Shown here one piece after another: positions 56,056-63,835 of a stretch of 64,000 nt of DNA. Made by a program: the position numbers and the translations under genes. This stretch comes from a virus. Positions within the stretch are counted from its first letter, which is position 1, and every line of letters begins with the position of its first letter. The stretch lies in IMG/VR virus record IMGVR_UViG_3300030202_002193, positions 1-64,000 of that record; one strand, given 5' to 3'. A model generated the notes under the pieces. That model was not told the DNA's origin and searched no databases. It worked only from the letters and a program-made list of their open reading frames with translations.

Positions 56056-57381
56056 TCACGCCTGTTCAATTAAATGAATTGTATATTTAGCCACCTGTTC
56101 TAGTTGAGGTTCAGTTAAAAGGTTAATATCTTCTGTTCTATTAGGATGAACCCCACCTCTTGTTGTAGGCCTATCATATTTCATAACAAGTTTTTCTATT
56201 TCTCTACTTATACTTCCTATTTTAGCCCCTCGGCTAAATTGGTGTAGTCTAGATAATTTTGCAGACAACTCTATACTTTTACCCCTATTAACCAAATTTT
56301 GCATATAGGGTCGTAGTTGTTTTGCAATTGCTATAGGTAAATCATATTCTACTAACATTGCCAGCCATTGAGGATAATTCTCTGTACGCTTTACAATATC
56401 TAGCCAAGATTTAGCAACCGGTACTCCTTCCTTTCTAGGTCTTTTATCTACGACCTTACCATGAATGTAGAATCCACCGACCTTCTTCTTAGTGGAAGCG
56501 AGATACGCCCTTTCTACAATGGCAGGTGAAACCTTAACAGTAAATTCCTCTACATCTCCAGTCACTTCTTCTTCAGAAAATCCACTCAATCTTCTAACTA
56601 TTGCTTCTTCTGCTTCACCAGTCACGCCAAACTTTTGACTTGCCAATTTTCCAGCAATTGCCTTAGCATTAATTACTCCCTCTTTAACTAAAGCCGGAGT
56701 TAATTGGCTTTCTAAGAATTGCTTAACCTGAGACAACTTATACAATTCTTTAGGATTAGAAACTCTAGTAATTTCAAATGTAATATCTGCCTCTTCTAAC
56801 TCTTTAAGTGCATCTTCTAAAATATATTTCAATCCTTTTGGACTCTCTTTAGAATATACTACTTGATGAGGAGGAGGAGTAGGGGGGTTGTTTACATCAT
56901 AACTATACCAAGACTTAGGAACTGGGGTGTCGCCCTTAAACTTCTTACTATATTTTACAAACTCCGCAGTTTTCCAATGCCCGTAAACTTTTCTCTTACC
57001 TATGTTTTTTCCTGATTTGTCATATATGTTGATGTGATATGGTATCATGGCAGGGTCAGCCTTAGTACCTTTAGCCGCATCAATAAATTTCAAATATGCT
57101 TTAAGATAATCTATTTCTTTTGTTCCTATGAAATCATCATAGTCCATAATTTCCATAAGTCTTGGCAAATGGTCTCGATGGCCTCTAGAAGCACCTTCGA
57201 TTGTTTCCATTCCAGTTCGTCTTGTGACAGTGTTGGAGGACTTAATTCCGTGTCGTAGAATAAAATCTACTCCTTCTAATTCCTTCCATTCCTGAAACTC
57301 TTTGAAAAAATTAGTAGACTTCAATTCCTGTTGAGCAGTATTGCCATTCTTAGTCTTAGTCTTTTTCTTCATCTTTGGCAT
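56056..57381 (-). CDS. Hypothetical protein with an internal leader copy (AKSWLDIVKR)
   Basis: 441 aa ORF. Confidence 0.75.
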   Translation of the reverse strand: MPKMKKKTKTKNGNTAQQELKSTNFFKEFQEWKELEGVDFILRHGIKSSNTVTRRTGMETIEGASRGHRDHLPRLMEIMDYDDFIGTKEIDYLKAYLKFIDAAKGTKADPAMIPYHINIYDKSGKNIGKRKVYGHWKTAEFVKYSKKFKGDTPVPKSWYSYDVNNPPTPPPHQVVYSKESPKGLKYILEDALKELEEADITFEITRVSNPKELYKLSQVKQFLESQLTPALVKEGVINAKAIAGKLASQKFGVTGEAEEAIVRRLSGFSEEEVTGDVEEFTVKVSPAIVERAYLASTKKKVGGFYIHGKVVDKRPRKEGVPVAKSWLDIVKRTENYPQWLAMLVEYDLPIAIAKQLRPYMQNLVNRGKSIELSAKLSRLHQFSRGAKIGSISREIEKLVMKYDRPTTRGGVHPNRTEDINLLTEPQLEQVAKYTIHLIEQA

Positions 57382-57721
57382 TTTTATTACCTCCTATTCT
57401 GCCTTCACTAAAAAGAGGTTTATGAGCCGCACTACTTGTAGTTACCGTTCCAGCAACCTTTTCCATTTCTCCATTCAAAGAATCTAAAATTGTAGGGAGT
57501 ACTGATTGTAGGTCGTAGACATTCGTATTAAAATCGCCATAATTTACCCTATATGCCGAACCGCCCCTTCTCTTAACTGTGATTTTTCCCCTATCAGAAT
57601 CCAAAGTAAAATTGTCCCCTGCCCTACTGCTACCACCTGAAATCTCCCCACCGATTATATTTTGAATGTTTTGTAGAAACATCCTAGGGGTCATCATCTT
57701 TAATACATTTTTCCAAGTCAT
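57356..57721 (-). CDS. Leader protein (MTWKNVLKM)
   Basis: Shared leader. Confidence 0.75.
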   Translation of the reverse strand: MTWKNVLKMMTPRMFLQNIQNIIGGEISGGSSRAGDNFTLDSDRGKITVKRRGGSAYRVNYGDFNTNVYDLQSVLPTILDSLNGEMEKVAGTVTTSSAAHKPLFSEGRIGGNKNAKDEEKD

Positions 57722-57978
57722 TTCTTTCCCCTCTCTAATCGGTCTTGTAATTGAATAAGTTCCGGCATAATTTCCATATATTGTTTCAACATGTCTTCAT
57801 CGTTGCCTAAATATTTTTCAAGAAAAATCTGTTTCATAACTGGGTCTCTTTTGATTTGATAATACACGGCTCTACTGTTCCTACCAGAATTTTTTATCAT
57901 ATTGTCTAATTGAACAATTTTGGTTCTAATTTTCTTAGTGGAATATTTTTTTTCTTTGAGGATAGTTTCCCACCTCAT
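57718..57978 (-). CDS. Leader protein (MRWETILKE)
   Basis: AGGAGG RBS; shared leader. Confidence 0.75.
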   Translation of the reverse strand: MRWETILKEKKYSTKKIRTKIVQLDNMIKNSGRNSRAVYYQIKRDPVMKQIFLEKYLGNDEDMLKQYMEIMPELIQLQDRLERGKK

Positions 57979-58142
57979 TCTTTATTCCTCCTGAATACTT
58001 TAGCCCATGCTTGAGCCTTAGTTAAAGTGGTAGTCTTTTTCTTTTGGCCTGTAACTAAACAAGTACCATAATCATTCTCAACTTTGTCAAGTTTAGCAGA
58101 TTCATTATCTAACCAGCCCTCTAAATAATTGCATCGTGTCAT
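57975..58142 (-). CDS. Hypothetical protein, 55 aa (MTRCNYLEGW...)
   Basis: GAGGG RBS; ATGA overlap; manual translation. Confidence 0.6.
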   Translation of the reverse strand: MTRCNYLEGWLDNESAKLDKVENDYGTCLVTGQKKKTTTLTKAQAWAKVFRRNKE

Positions 58143-58144
58143 AT

Positions 58145-58402
58145 TTAATCCCTCGATGTAAATGCCCTTCCGCTTCCCATTCTAGGAGGGACTTTTTTAT
58201 TTGCATTCCTCGTCCTTTCAATTAAGGGGTGAGTTTTTAATTCCTTTTTAGGAACAGGAGGAGTAGCGTCTGCATGTTCTTCTCTCTGATGCCCAACCAA
58301 TTCTTTTAGAGAACTGTATTTCTTACCACAAATAGAACAAACTTCTTTTTTGTGGGCATCAGATGGAATATATCCTATTTTAACAATATCTTTCCATGAC
58401 AT
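58145..58402 (-). CDS. Leader protein (MSWKDIVKI) with C2H2 zinc finger
   Basis: CSICGKKYSSLKELVGHQREEH. Confidence 0.8.
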   Translation of the reverse strand: MSWKDIVKIGYIPSDAHKKEVCSICGKKYSSLKELVGHQREEHADATPPVPKKELKTHPLIERTRNANKKVPPRMGSGRAFTSRD

Positions 58403-58407
58403 ATTAA

Positions 58408-58827
58408 TCACCAACTAATATCTACGCTCTTGATATAGAATTCACCATCTTTTCGCCCTATCTCAATATCAGCCTCCGGCATGATATACGAACCCATACT
58501 CACTTTATCCAATTTTTCCACTTCTATATTTTCTGAAGTTTTCAATTCTAAATCTAAAGCCAATTCTTCTACTTCTTCTCCAATATCTTCAATAGAAGAA
58601 ATACTAACAACAACAGATTGCACACTAGGTTGATTCAATTCCAAACCATCTCCATCAACTTCAATACTCATACTCCAATTAACTGTTACACTATACCAAT
58701 CAATATCAATATCAATATCAGAACCACTTCCTCTATAAGTAACCATAGTATTGTGATTTCTATTAGGTTTTACAGTAGTTTCAAAGGTATAACTCTCTAA
58801 AGCACCCTTCAGTATATCTTTCCACAT
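58408..58827 (-). CDS. Leader protein (MWKDILKG), acidic, beta-rich
   Basis: GGTGA RBS within the repeat unit. Confidence 0.75.
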   Translation of the reverse strand: MWKDILKGALESYTFETTVKPNRNHNTMVTYRGSGSDIDIDIDWYSVTVNWSMSIEVDGDGLELNQPSVQSVVVSISSIEDIGEEVEELALDLELKTSENIEVEKLDKVSMGSYIMPEADIEIGRKDGEFYIKSVDISW

Positions 58828-58856
58828 AATATCACCAAAATTTTCCCGTATTTTTT

Positions 58857-59111
58857 TCAAGTCCTCGAAAGGACATCTGCCTCTCCAGCAGATTCAGAAA
58901 TATCCTTTATCATTTCTTCTGCAATATCACTTATTGCTAAAAGAACCGCATCCTCCGCACTAACGGAATGCTCAAATTGCCTTTCCATCATCTTTGCATC
59001 TTCACCCGCTTTATCTGATAAATCGCTCATAAGATTTCTTATTTCGCTTTCTAATGCTTGTCTAAGAGTACTAGTCATAGTGTAGCGTTTTTTAATCGTA
59101 TCTTTCCACAT
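58857..59111 (-). CDS. Leader protein (MWKDTIKK)
   Basis: Start refined to the leader. Confidence 0.75.
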   Translation of the reverse strand: MWKDTIKKRYTMTSTLRQALESEIRNLMSDLSDKAGEDAKMMERQFEHSVSAEDAVLLAISDIAEEMIKDISESAGEADVLSRT

Positions 59112-59133
59112 AAAAATTCCCCGAAATTTTTTT

Positions 59134-59346
59134 TCAGTAGCCTCGTATATTCTGCAAAATATCAGATAATTTATCAATACAATAGGCCAGCATTTTTGGC
59201 TTTTCAAGCGCATGTCTATCTTCAGCCTTATCACTGATTTCATTACACAAATCTTGTATTTCCTCAACCATACTTTCAACGGTGTCCGTTGGGGCATAGT
59301 TTCTATATTCGTCATCTTCTTTCTTTATCTCGTTTTTCCAACTCAT
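59134..59346 (-). CDS. Leader protein (MSWKNEIKK)
   Basis: Start refined; GGTGA RBS. Confidence 0.75.
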   Translation of the reverse strand: MSWKNEIKKEDDEYRNYAPTDTVESMVEEIQDLCNEISDKAEDRHALEKPKMLAYCIDKLSDILQNIRGY

Positions 59347-59351
59347 TTTTC

Positions 59352-59408
59352 TCACCAAAATTTTCCGTAATTTTTTTTCAATTCTTCTTTTAGTATATCT
59401 TTCCACAT
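59352..59408 (-). CDS. 18-aa leader-only mini-ORF (MWKDILKEELKKNYGKFW)
   Basis: GGAGA RBS; first 17 nt identical to those of the 58827 gene. Confidence 0.5.
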   Translation of the reverse strand: MWKDILKEELKKNYGKFW

Positions 59409-59755
59409 GTAAAAATCTCCAAAAATTTCCCGTAATTTGTTCGTCACTAGCGCAATTTTTCTTTTTTTTAATTTACTATTCCCAGAATAAGGTTTTTTAA
59501 TTTACTTTTTTATTTTATTATATTTTAATTTGCGATATTTTCTTGTTTTTGGTATTGTTGCAAACTTTTAATTTGAATCATTTCGCATAGCGTTTGACTT
59601 CTTGATGTTAAGAGGCTAAAGTAACATGGTATTTAGTATTTATTAGATAATAAGGGTGCAAAAGTCTAATTGGAGGGATTAAAGAATCGTTTGTTAAAAA
59701 AAAGATTTTTGATACAAAGCCATATGGTTGTGCTTTGTTAACGCCCCGAAGGGTA

Positions 59756-60094
59756 CTATGTGGTTAATATTGACCAAGCAGAACTGGCATAGGTTTCTGA
59801 ATTATCCTCATCCGATTCATACATTATACAAACCATTTCCAAAATCTTTCTGTTTGGACCTTCGGCTACATCCCAATTAATCGCATCTCTCAATCCATGT
59901 TTTTCAACTTCAGATTTGAAAACTTCAAACTCTGCATCTAGGATTTCTTCAGATGGAATACCATCTCTTTCTCGAACACATTCTCCACATAGAACAGTTA
60001 CATCTATTTCAGAAAGGTCATCCTCATAATCTGAATAATATATTCCATAATCCACTGTATTTCCACATTCACATTGCCCACTTCTCCACGACAT
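59756..60094 (-). CDS. Acidic Zn-finger protein, probably leaderless
   Basis: CECG...CGEC; ATG ~26 nt from the palindromic element. Confidence 0.75.
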   Translation of the reverse strand: MSWRSGQCECGNTVDYGIYYSDYEDDLSEIDVTVLCGECVRERDGIPSEEILDAEFEVFKSEVEKHGLRDAINWDVAEGPNRKILEMVCIMYESDEDNSETYASSAWSILTT

Positions 60095-60169
60095 AATCTA
60101 ACTCATTTATTCTAAATAAGTAAGGTACTATCAAAGCCTAGTACCATATGGTTGCTTTGTTTTACCCTA

Positions 60170-60200
60170 GAAAAAAGAGGGGGGTTTAACCCCCCCCTCT
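60170..60200 (-). terminator. G/C hairpin plus T-tract
   Basis: GAGGGGGG...CCCCCCTC stem followed by a T run on the minus strand. Confidence 0.75.
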
Positions 60201-60203
60201 CAT

Positions 60204-60503
60204 TTAATCGCCTATCCTAATCCAATTCCCATTCCAAGCCTCACCGTTTAGATACCATGTGAAATCTTTTTGTTGAATGTGGACCCCTGTTAAACCGTTT
60301 AGCCTTTCCTTAGTTGTGTTTGAAGACCATCCACCGTTTGAAATATATATTCCATCGGCGTTACTGTATGCTATCAGGTTTCCGTGTAGTCTCATTTCAG
60401 CCTTAATGTCGTCAATTCTAAGAACTGCCGTATTGCTTTTTTTGTAGTTGCCAGCCCATGCGTTTTCAAATGCGTGACATGCTTCTCTTGTAATTTTGCG
60501 CAT
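60204..60503 (-). CDS. Phage-type hypothetical protein (LHGNLIA...GWSSNTTKERLN)
   Basis: Motif recalled from phage early proteins; leaderless start after a palindrome. Confidence 0.75.
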   Translation of the reverse strand: MRKITREACHAFENAWAGNYKKSNTAVLRIDDIKAEMRLHGNLIAYSNADGIYISNGGWSSNTTKERLNGLTGVHIQQKDFTWYLNGEAWNGNWIRIGD

Positions 60504-60589
60504 ATCTTAATAGAGATTATTTAATTAAGTGAGGTAATATCAAAGCCTATTACCATATGGTACTGGCTTTGTAGAACCCTAAGATAAGA

Positions 60590-61080
60590 AATCGGGAACA
60601 GGGGCTATATTTCGCTGACAAAGGGATGCGCTCACTGAATAAGGAGTTAGTTACTTGATACTTTAACTAGTATTTCACAAGAGTCCAACTACCGTTTATT
60701 GCTGATTTTGCCACAACCGATGGTTACTTTATAGTCTTATTCCGTCATTCTCACCATGTCCCAAAGTTGCCTAGGATTTGCAATGGGGGTATTTCGTGGG
60801 TGGGAAAAAAAGCGGGGGTCTATGGAATTCTTTAAGCCCAAAGGTTCCTTAAAAAACATCTCATGGTGTTCTAATAGACCCCCTAGAAAGGGATGGAGAC
60901 AGGGATGGAAAAAATGCGCTTGAAAACACTACAGACAATCTCTGTTAGGAATACGCCCTGCCCCCTTAGAATGGGCGAGAGAAAACCTTTATCTGTATGT
61001 GAACCATACAGGATGCGACGATTTCGGTAGTTGGCCCAACTACACGCCATTAGGTTTTTTTATTTGCTCCAAACTCTCAT
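60590..61080. ncRNA. Candidate structured non-coding RNA
   Basis: No ORF of 60 aa or more; several perfect stems (GGGGGTCTAT/ATAGACCCCC, CTGTATG/CATACAG, GTAGTTGG/CCAACTAC, AAAACCT/AGGTTTT). Confidence 0.4.
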
Positions 61081-61323
61081 GAAGTGTGGTTATACTTCAG
61101 GTTCTTCTTCAAGAAAGTCCCATATATCTCTATATGGATTCTCTTTACTATTCAAGTAAATATCATCTCGATTTCCCCCTTTAGTTTAACCACTTCAAGT
61201 GGATAATCGGATAGATATTGACTTTGCCACTTGAATAACCCAATATATGTATTCGAATTATTAGTAAGGTAGACAAAGCCCTACCATATGGTAGGCTTTG
61301 TTAATACCCTGTAAAGGGAGCCA

Positions 61324-61351
61324 CCCCCTAGGTCCGAAGTCCTAGAGGGGG
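61324..61351 (-). terminator. GC-rich hairpin downstream of the 61400-61985 genes
   Basis: CCCCCTAGG...CCTAGAGGGGG. Confidence 0.55.
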
Positions 61352-61399
61352 CAAATAGCACAAAATTGTGCTTACAACGGTTGGGAAAACCGAGGATAA

Positions 61400-61522
61400 T
61401 TATTCTTCTTCACCTACAAATGGTGCTAAAAACTCCGCACCGAATTGGTCTGCTATATTATCTAACATAGTCAAGTTTTCATCTAACATAATTGCCAACT
61501 CTTCTAAAGTATAGTTGCTCAT
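61400..61522 (-). CDS. Acidic 40-aa protein (MSNYTLEELAIMLDE...)
   Basis: Manual translation; in operon. Confidence 0.55.
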   Translation of the reverse strand: MSNYTLEELAIMLDENLTMLDNIADQFGAEFLAPFVGEEE

Positions 61523-61542
61523 AAATTGTATTACCCTTTCTT

Positions 61543-61797
61543 TCATTCTTCTTCATCTCCAACAACGGAAACACTTGAAGAATATCTCCTTGGGTTATTA
61601 GCATTAGAAATACTTCTATCAGGGAATAATTGACAACCTATCGCCACCTTAGCGTAGGGGAATAAGTGATGCCTATACATCTTCTTATTTCGGTTGGCAC
61701 AATAAGATTGCCACCATCCATCTCCTTCAGCAACTCTTTCTCTATACTCTTCTATTGGCTTCCCGCCAACTACTTGTTCTTCTTCCATATCTATCAT
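61543..61797 (-). CDS. Hypothetical protein
   Basis: ORF coupled to the upstream gene. Confidence 0.6.
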   Translation of the reverse strand: MIDMEEEQVVGGKPIEEYRERVAEGDGWWQSYCANRNKKMYRHHLFPYAKVAIGCQLFPDRSISNANNPRRYSSSVSVVGDEEE

Positions 61798-61985
61798 CTC
61801 AAAGTCTTGTCATTAGGGTGATTCCTGTTATGTCTAGCATGTCTTTGTGCTAGAGTTAGGCCTAGGTCAGCGATTGACCAAACTAACCTTGTGGTATCTC
61901 CGTAATTCTTTTCTGCCAATATAGCCCTAATAGGGCGACCCTTGTAAAAGGTAATTGGGTTCTCATATCTAGTTCTCCAACTCAT
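61794..61985 (-). CDS. Hypothetical basic protein
   Basis: AGGAG RBS downstream of palindrome 62031. Confidence 0.65.
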   Translation of the reverse strand: MSWRTRYENPITFYKGRPIRAILAEKNYGDTTRLVWSIADLGLTLAQRHARHNRNHPNDKTLR

Positions 61986-62095
61986 GTTTTTTTCTCCTAG
62001 TTAGCGATATCAAATTACACAGATTAAGTTTAAGGTAGACAAAGCACTACCATATGGTACTGGCTTTGTGGACCCCGATTTTAATAAATTGGGGC

Positions 62096-62715
62096 CGAGC
62101 AAAGCAAAACTCGACGAATCAGCCTTGTACCTCCTCGTTTTGGTCCGAATCGGCGGCTTCTTCTTGTACTTCGTTGGAATAGTCGTAGGACTCCATTGAG
62201 TCTACATCTCCACCCCAAACTCCGGCGGAATATCTAATCATCATTTGCTTGTCAGCATGTGCGACTAGATAGTTTGCCATTTCTTCAACAGTCTCAAAGG
62301 AACATGGGACTCCCTTGTGAATTCTGCCATCGTGCTTGATATCCATAGATGCTCCTCTTTTATTCCATGTAGGTAAAAAGACGGTAGCGAAGGCAATAGC
62401 GGCCTTCATCAATTTCTTAGCCTTGTGTGAATCCCAAGCAGTTTGCTTGTCTTCAGGTAAGGTAGGTTGTGAATTGGAAAGGCGAGGTGCGCCTCCAATT
62501 GCGTTGTAGTTATTTCTTAGTAGGGGCCAAATCTCCGCCACTTGTTCCGGCGTTTCTGCTCCTCTAATTCCTGCTATCAGTCCTTGAATGCTAGTTCCTA
62601 AAAATCCGCAATCATTGTTTGCGACATAGGCTTCAATAGCACTAACTTTCTTCATTATTGTTTCACTCATAATATCATCTCCAAAAGGTTTTGATTCATC
62701 GGTTTGCTTTGCTCG
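62096..62715. repeat. ~25-bp imperfect inverted repeat flanking one gene (62096-62121 / 62692-62715)
   Basis: CGAGCAAAGCAAAACTCGACGAATCA vs reverse complement CGAGCAAAGCAAACCGATGAATCA. Confidence 0.85.
62119..62670 (-). CDS. Hypothetical protein with acidic tail
   Basis: GGAGATG RBS before MSETIMKK; an alternative in-frame ATG at 62724. Confidence 0.75.
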   Translation of the reverse strand: MSETIMKKVSAIEAYVANNDCGFLGTSIQGLIAGIRGAETPEQVAEIWPLLRNNYNAIGGAPRLSNSQPTLPEDKQTAWDSHKAKKLMKAAIAFATVFLPTWNKRGASMDIKHDGRIHKGVPCSFETVEEMANYLVAHADKQMMIRYSAGVWGGDVDSMESYDYSNEVQEEAADSDQNEEVQG

Positions 62716-62827
62716 ACTACCCATAATATGCCACACAAATGATAAGGTATTGCTACAAAGCCACCAATACCATATGGTTGTAGGCTTTGATACAACCTTA
62801 CTTATTTTACAAGACATTAATCTAATT

Positions 62828-63112
62828 ATGGTAAGCAAACCTAACAGTAGAGATATTAGAGAATGGGTTATAGATTTTTGTAACTCATATGAAGACCACA
62901 GTTATGATAACATAACCGAATATATTGACGGAATAGTACCTTATACATATTTTGAAATCTTGAGCCTTTTCAACAATATGGGGTTGGAAATAACACATGC
63001 TCATGTAGGCACTCCTATTTGGGAAATAATGAGAATGGATATATTTTACATTTGGGAAGAAAGATTTAGAGAAGACTACGAAGAATATATGTACGAACTT
63101 GAGGAGGAATAA
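62828..63112 (+). CDS. Acidic hypothetical protein, probably leaderless, divergent from palindrome 62743
   Basis: ATG ~28 nt after ACCTTA; start refined to MVSKP. Confidence 0.7.
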   Translation: MVSKPNSRDIREWVIDFCNSYEDHSYDNITEYIDGIVPYTYFEILSLFNNMGLEITHAHVGTPIWEIMRMDIFYIWEERFREDYEEYMYELEEE

Positions 63113-63114
63113 AT

Positions 63115-63252
63115 ATGTATTACGAAGAAGCATGCCATTGTTGTGGTAAAGGAATAACCATCACAGGGGCATATATTGCAAACTATTCTCTTGTATTTTG
63201 TGAAGATTGCGGATATGATTCGGAATATTGTCACGGTTGTTGTGACCCCTAG
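63115..63252 (+). CDS. Cys-rich 45-aa protein
   Basis: GGAGG RBS; CHCC, CEDC, CHGCC. Confidence 0.6.
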   Translation: MYYEEACHCCGKGITITGAYIANYSLVFCEDCGYDSEYCHGCCDP

Positions 63253-63430
63253 GGTCGCTAAAACAAAGCAAGCCACCTAAAACAACTATAAACCCCTACT
63301 CTGAAAAAGGCATATTATTAATTCATAAAAAACCATAATAAGAAATTAGATATATTTCAATTGGCTCTTATACTATATAGGGGATATAATATGATATATT
63401 TTATGGTATAGGATATAACATGTACGGGGT

Positions 63431-63666
63431 CAGTCTCACCGTTTGGTAATGAGACTGAAAATGAGACTGAAAGGATAGGCTTTCAGTACATCATTTATTA
63501 TTGTATATTCTCATAATCTCATAATCTCATATCATATATCTATCCCACCACCCCCTTTCTATCTATATCTCTCTCTCTTAGGCCATGAGACATGAGACAT
63601 GAGACTGAAGTGGCGAAATTGGCTTCAGTGGTGCGTTTCTCTTTGTCTCATGGTTTGTCTCATGGT
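63431..63666. repeat. Iteron-like cluster of ~11 (A)TGAGA(C) repeats in both orientations; candidate replication origin
   Basis: ATGAGACTGAAA x2, TCTCATA x3, CATGAGA x3, TGTCTCATGGTT x2; non-coding, with an AT-rich flank. Confidence 0.6.
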
Positions 63667-63835
63667 TGTGGACTAAAGGATATTTTATGGGGGTCGAAGT
63701 TTTATCAGTAATAAATATCTAAAAATTAAGGGGGTTCATATCTGATAAGTGTATTTTTTACTTGATGGGTATGTGCGTAATAAATACAGACTTCGTGATA
63801 AAGGGCTTTATTAGATAATATGAAAGTGGATAAAT

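Larger units (their letters stand above)
58811..59439 (-). repeat. Four degenerate ~45-bp junction units (TGA-A run-ACGGGAAAATTTT-RBS-ATG...TGGAAA)
   Basis: Units near 58811-58860, 59095-59137, 59335-59380, 59392-59439. Confidence 0.8.
59714..62800. repeat. Six imperfect palindromes CAAAGC-n-(A)CCATATGGT-n-GCTTTG at 59714, 60121, 60530, 61265, 62031, 62743; probable promoter/operator elements
   Basis: All intergenic; five are flanked by T(A/G)AGGTA and an AT-rich tract on the side of the transcribed gene. Confidence 0.85.

Noticed and set aside
59112-59406. Long N-terminal extensions of ORFs 58857-59315 and 59134-59406
   Set aside because: They overlap neighbouring genes; RBS and leader place the starts at 59111 and 59346
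59756-61985. MSWRSG and MSWRTR starts as members of the leader family
   Set aside because: They lack the hydrophobic-hydrophobic-Lys part and lie in the early region
59440-63830. tRNA genes or hammerhead ribozyme in the hairpin-rich region
   Set aside because: No cloverleaf with a TTCRA T-loop and no CUGANGA/GAAA core found by eye; needs tRNAscan-SE and Infernal
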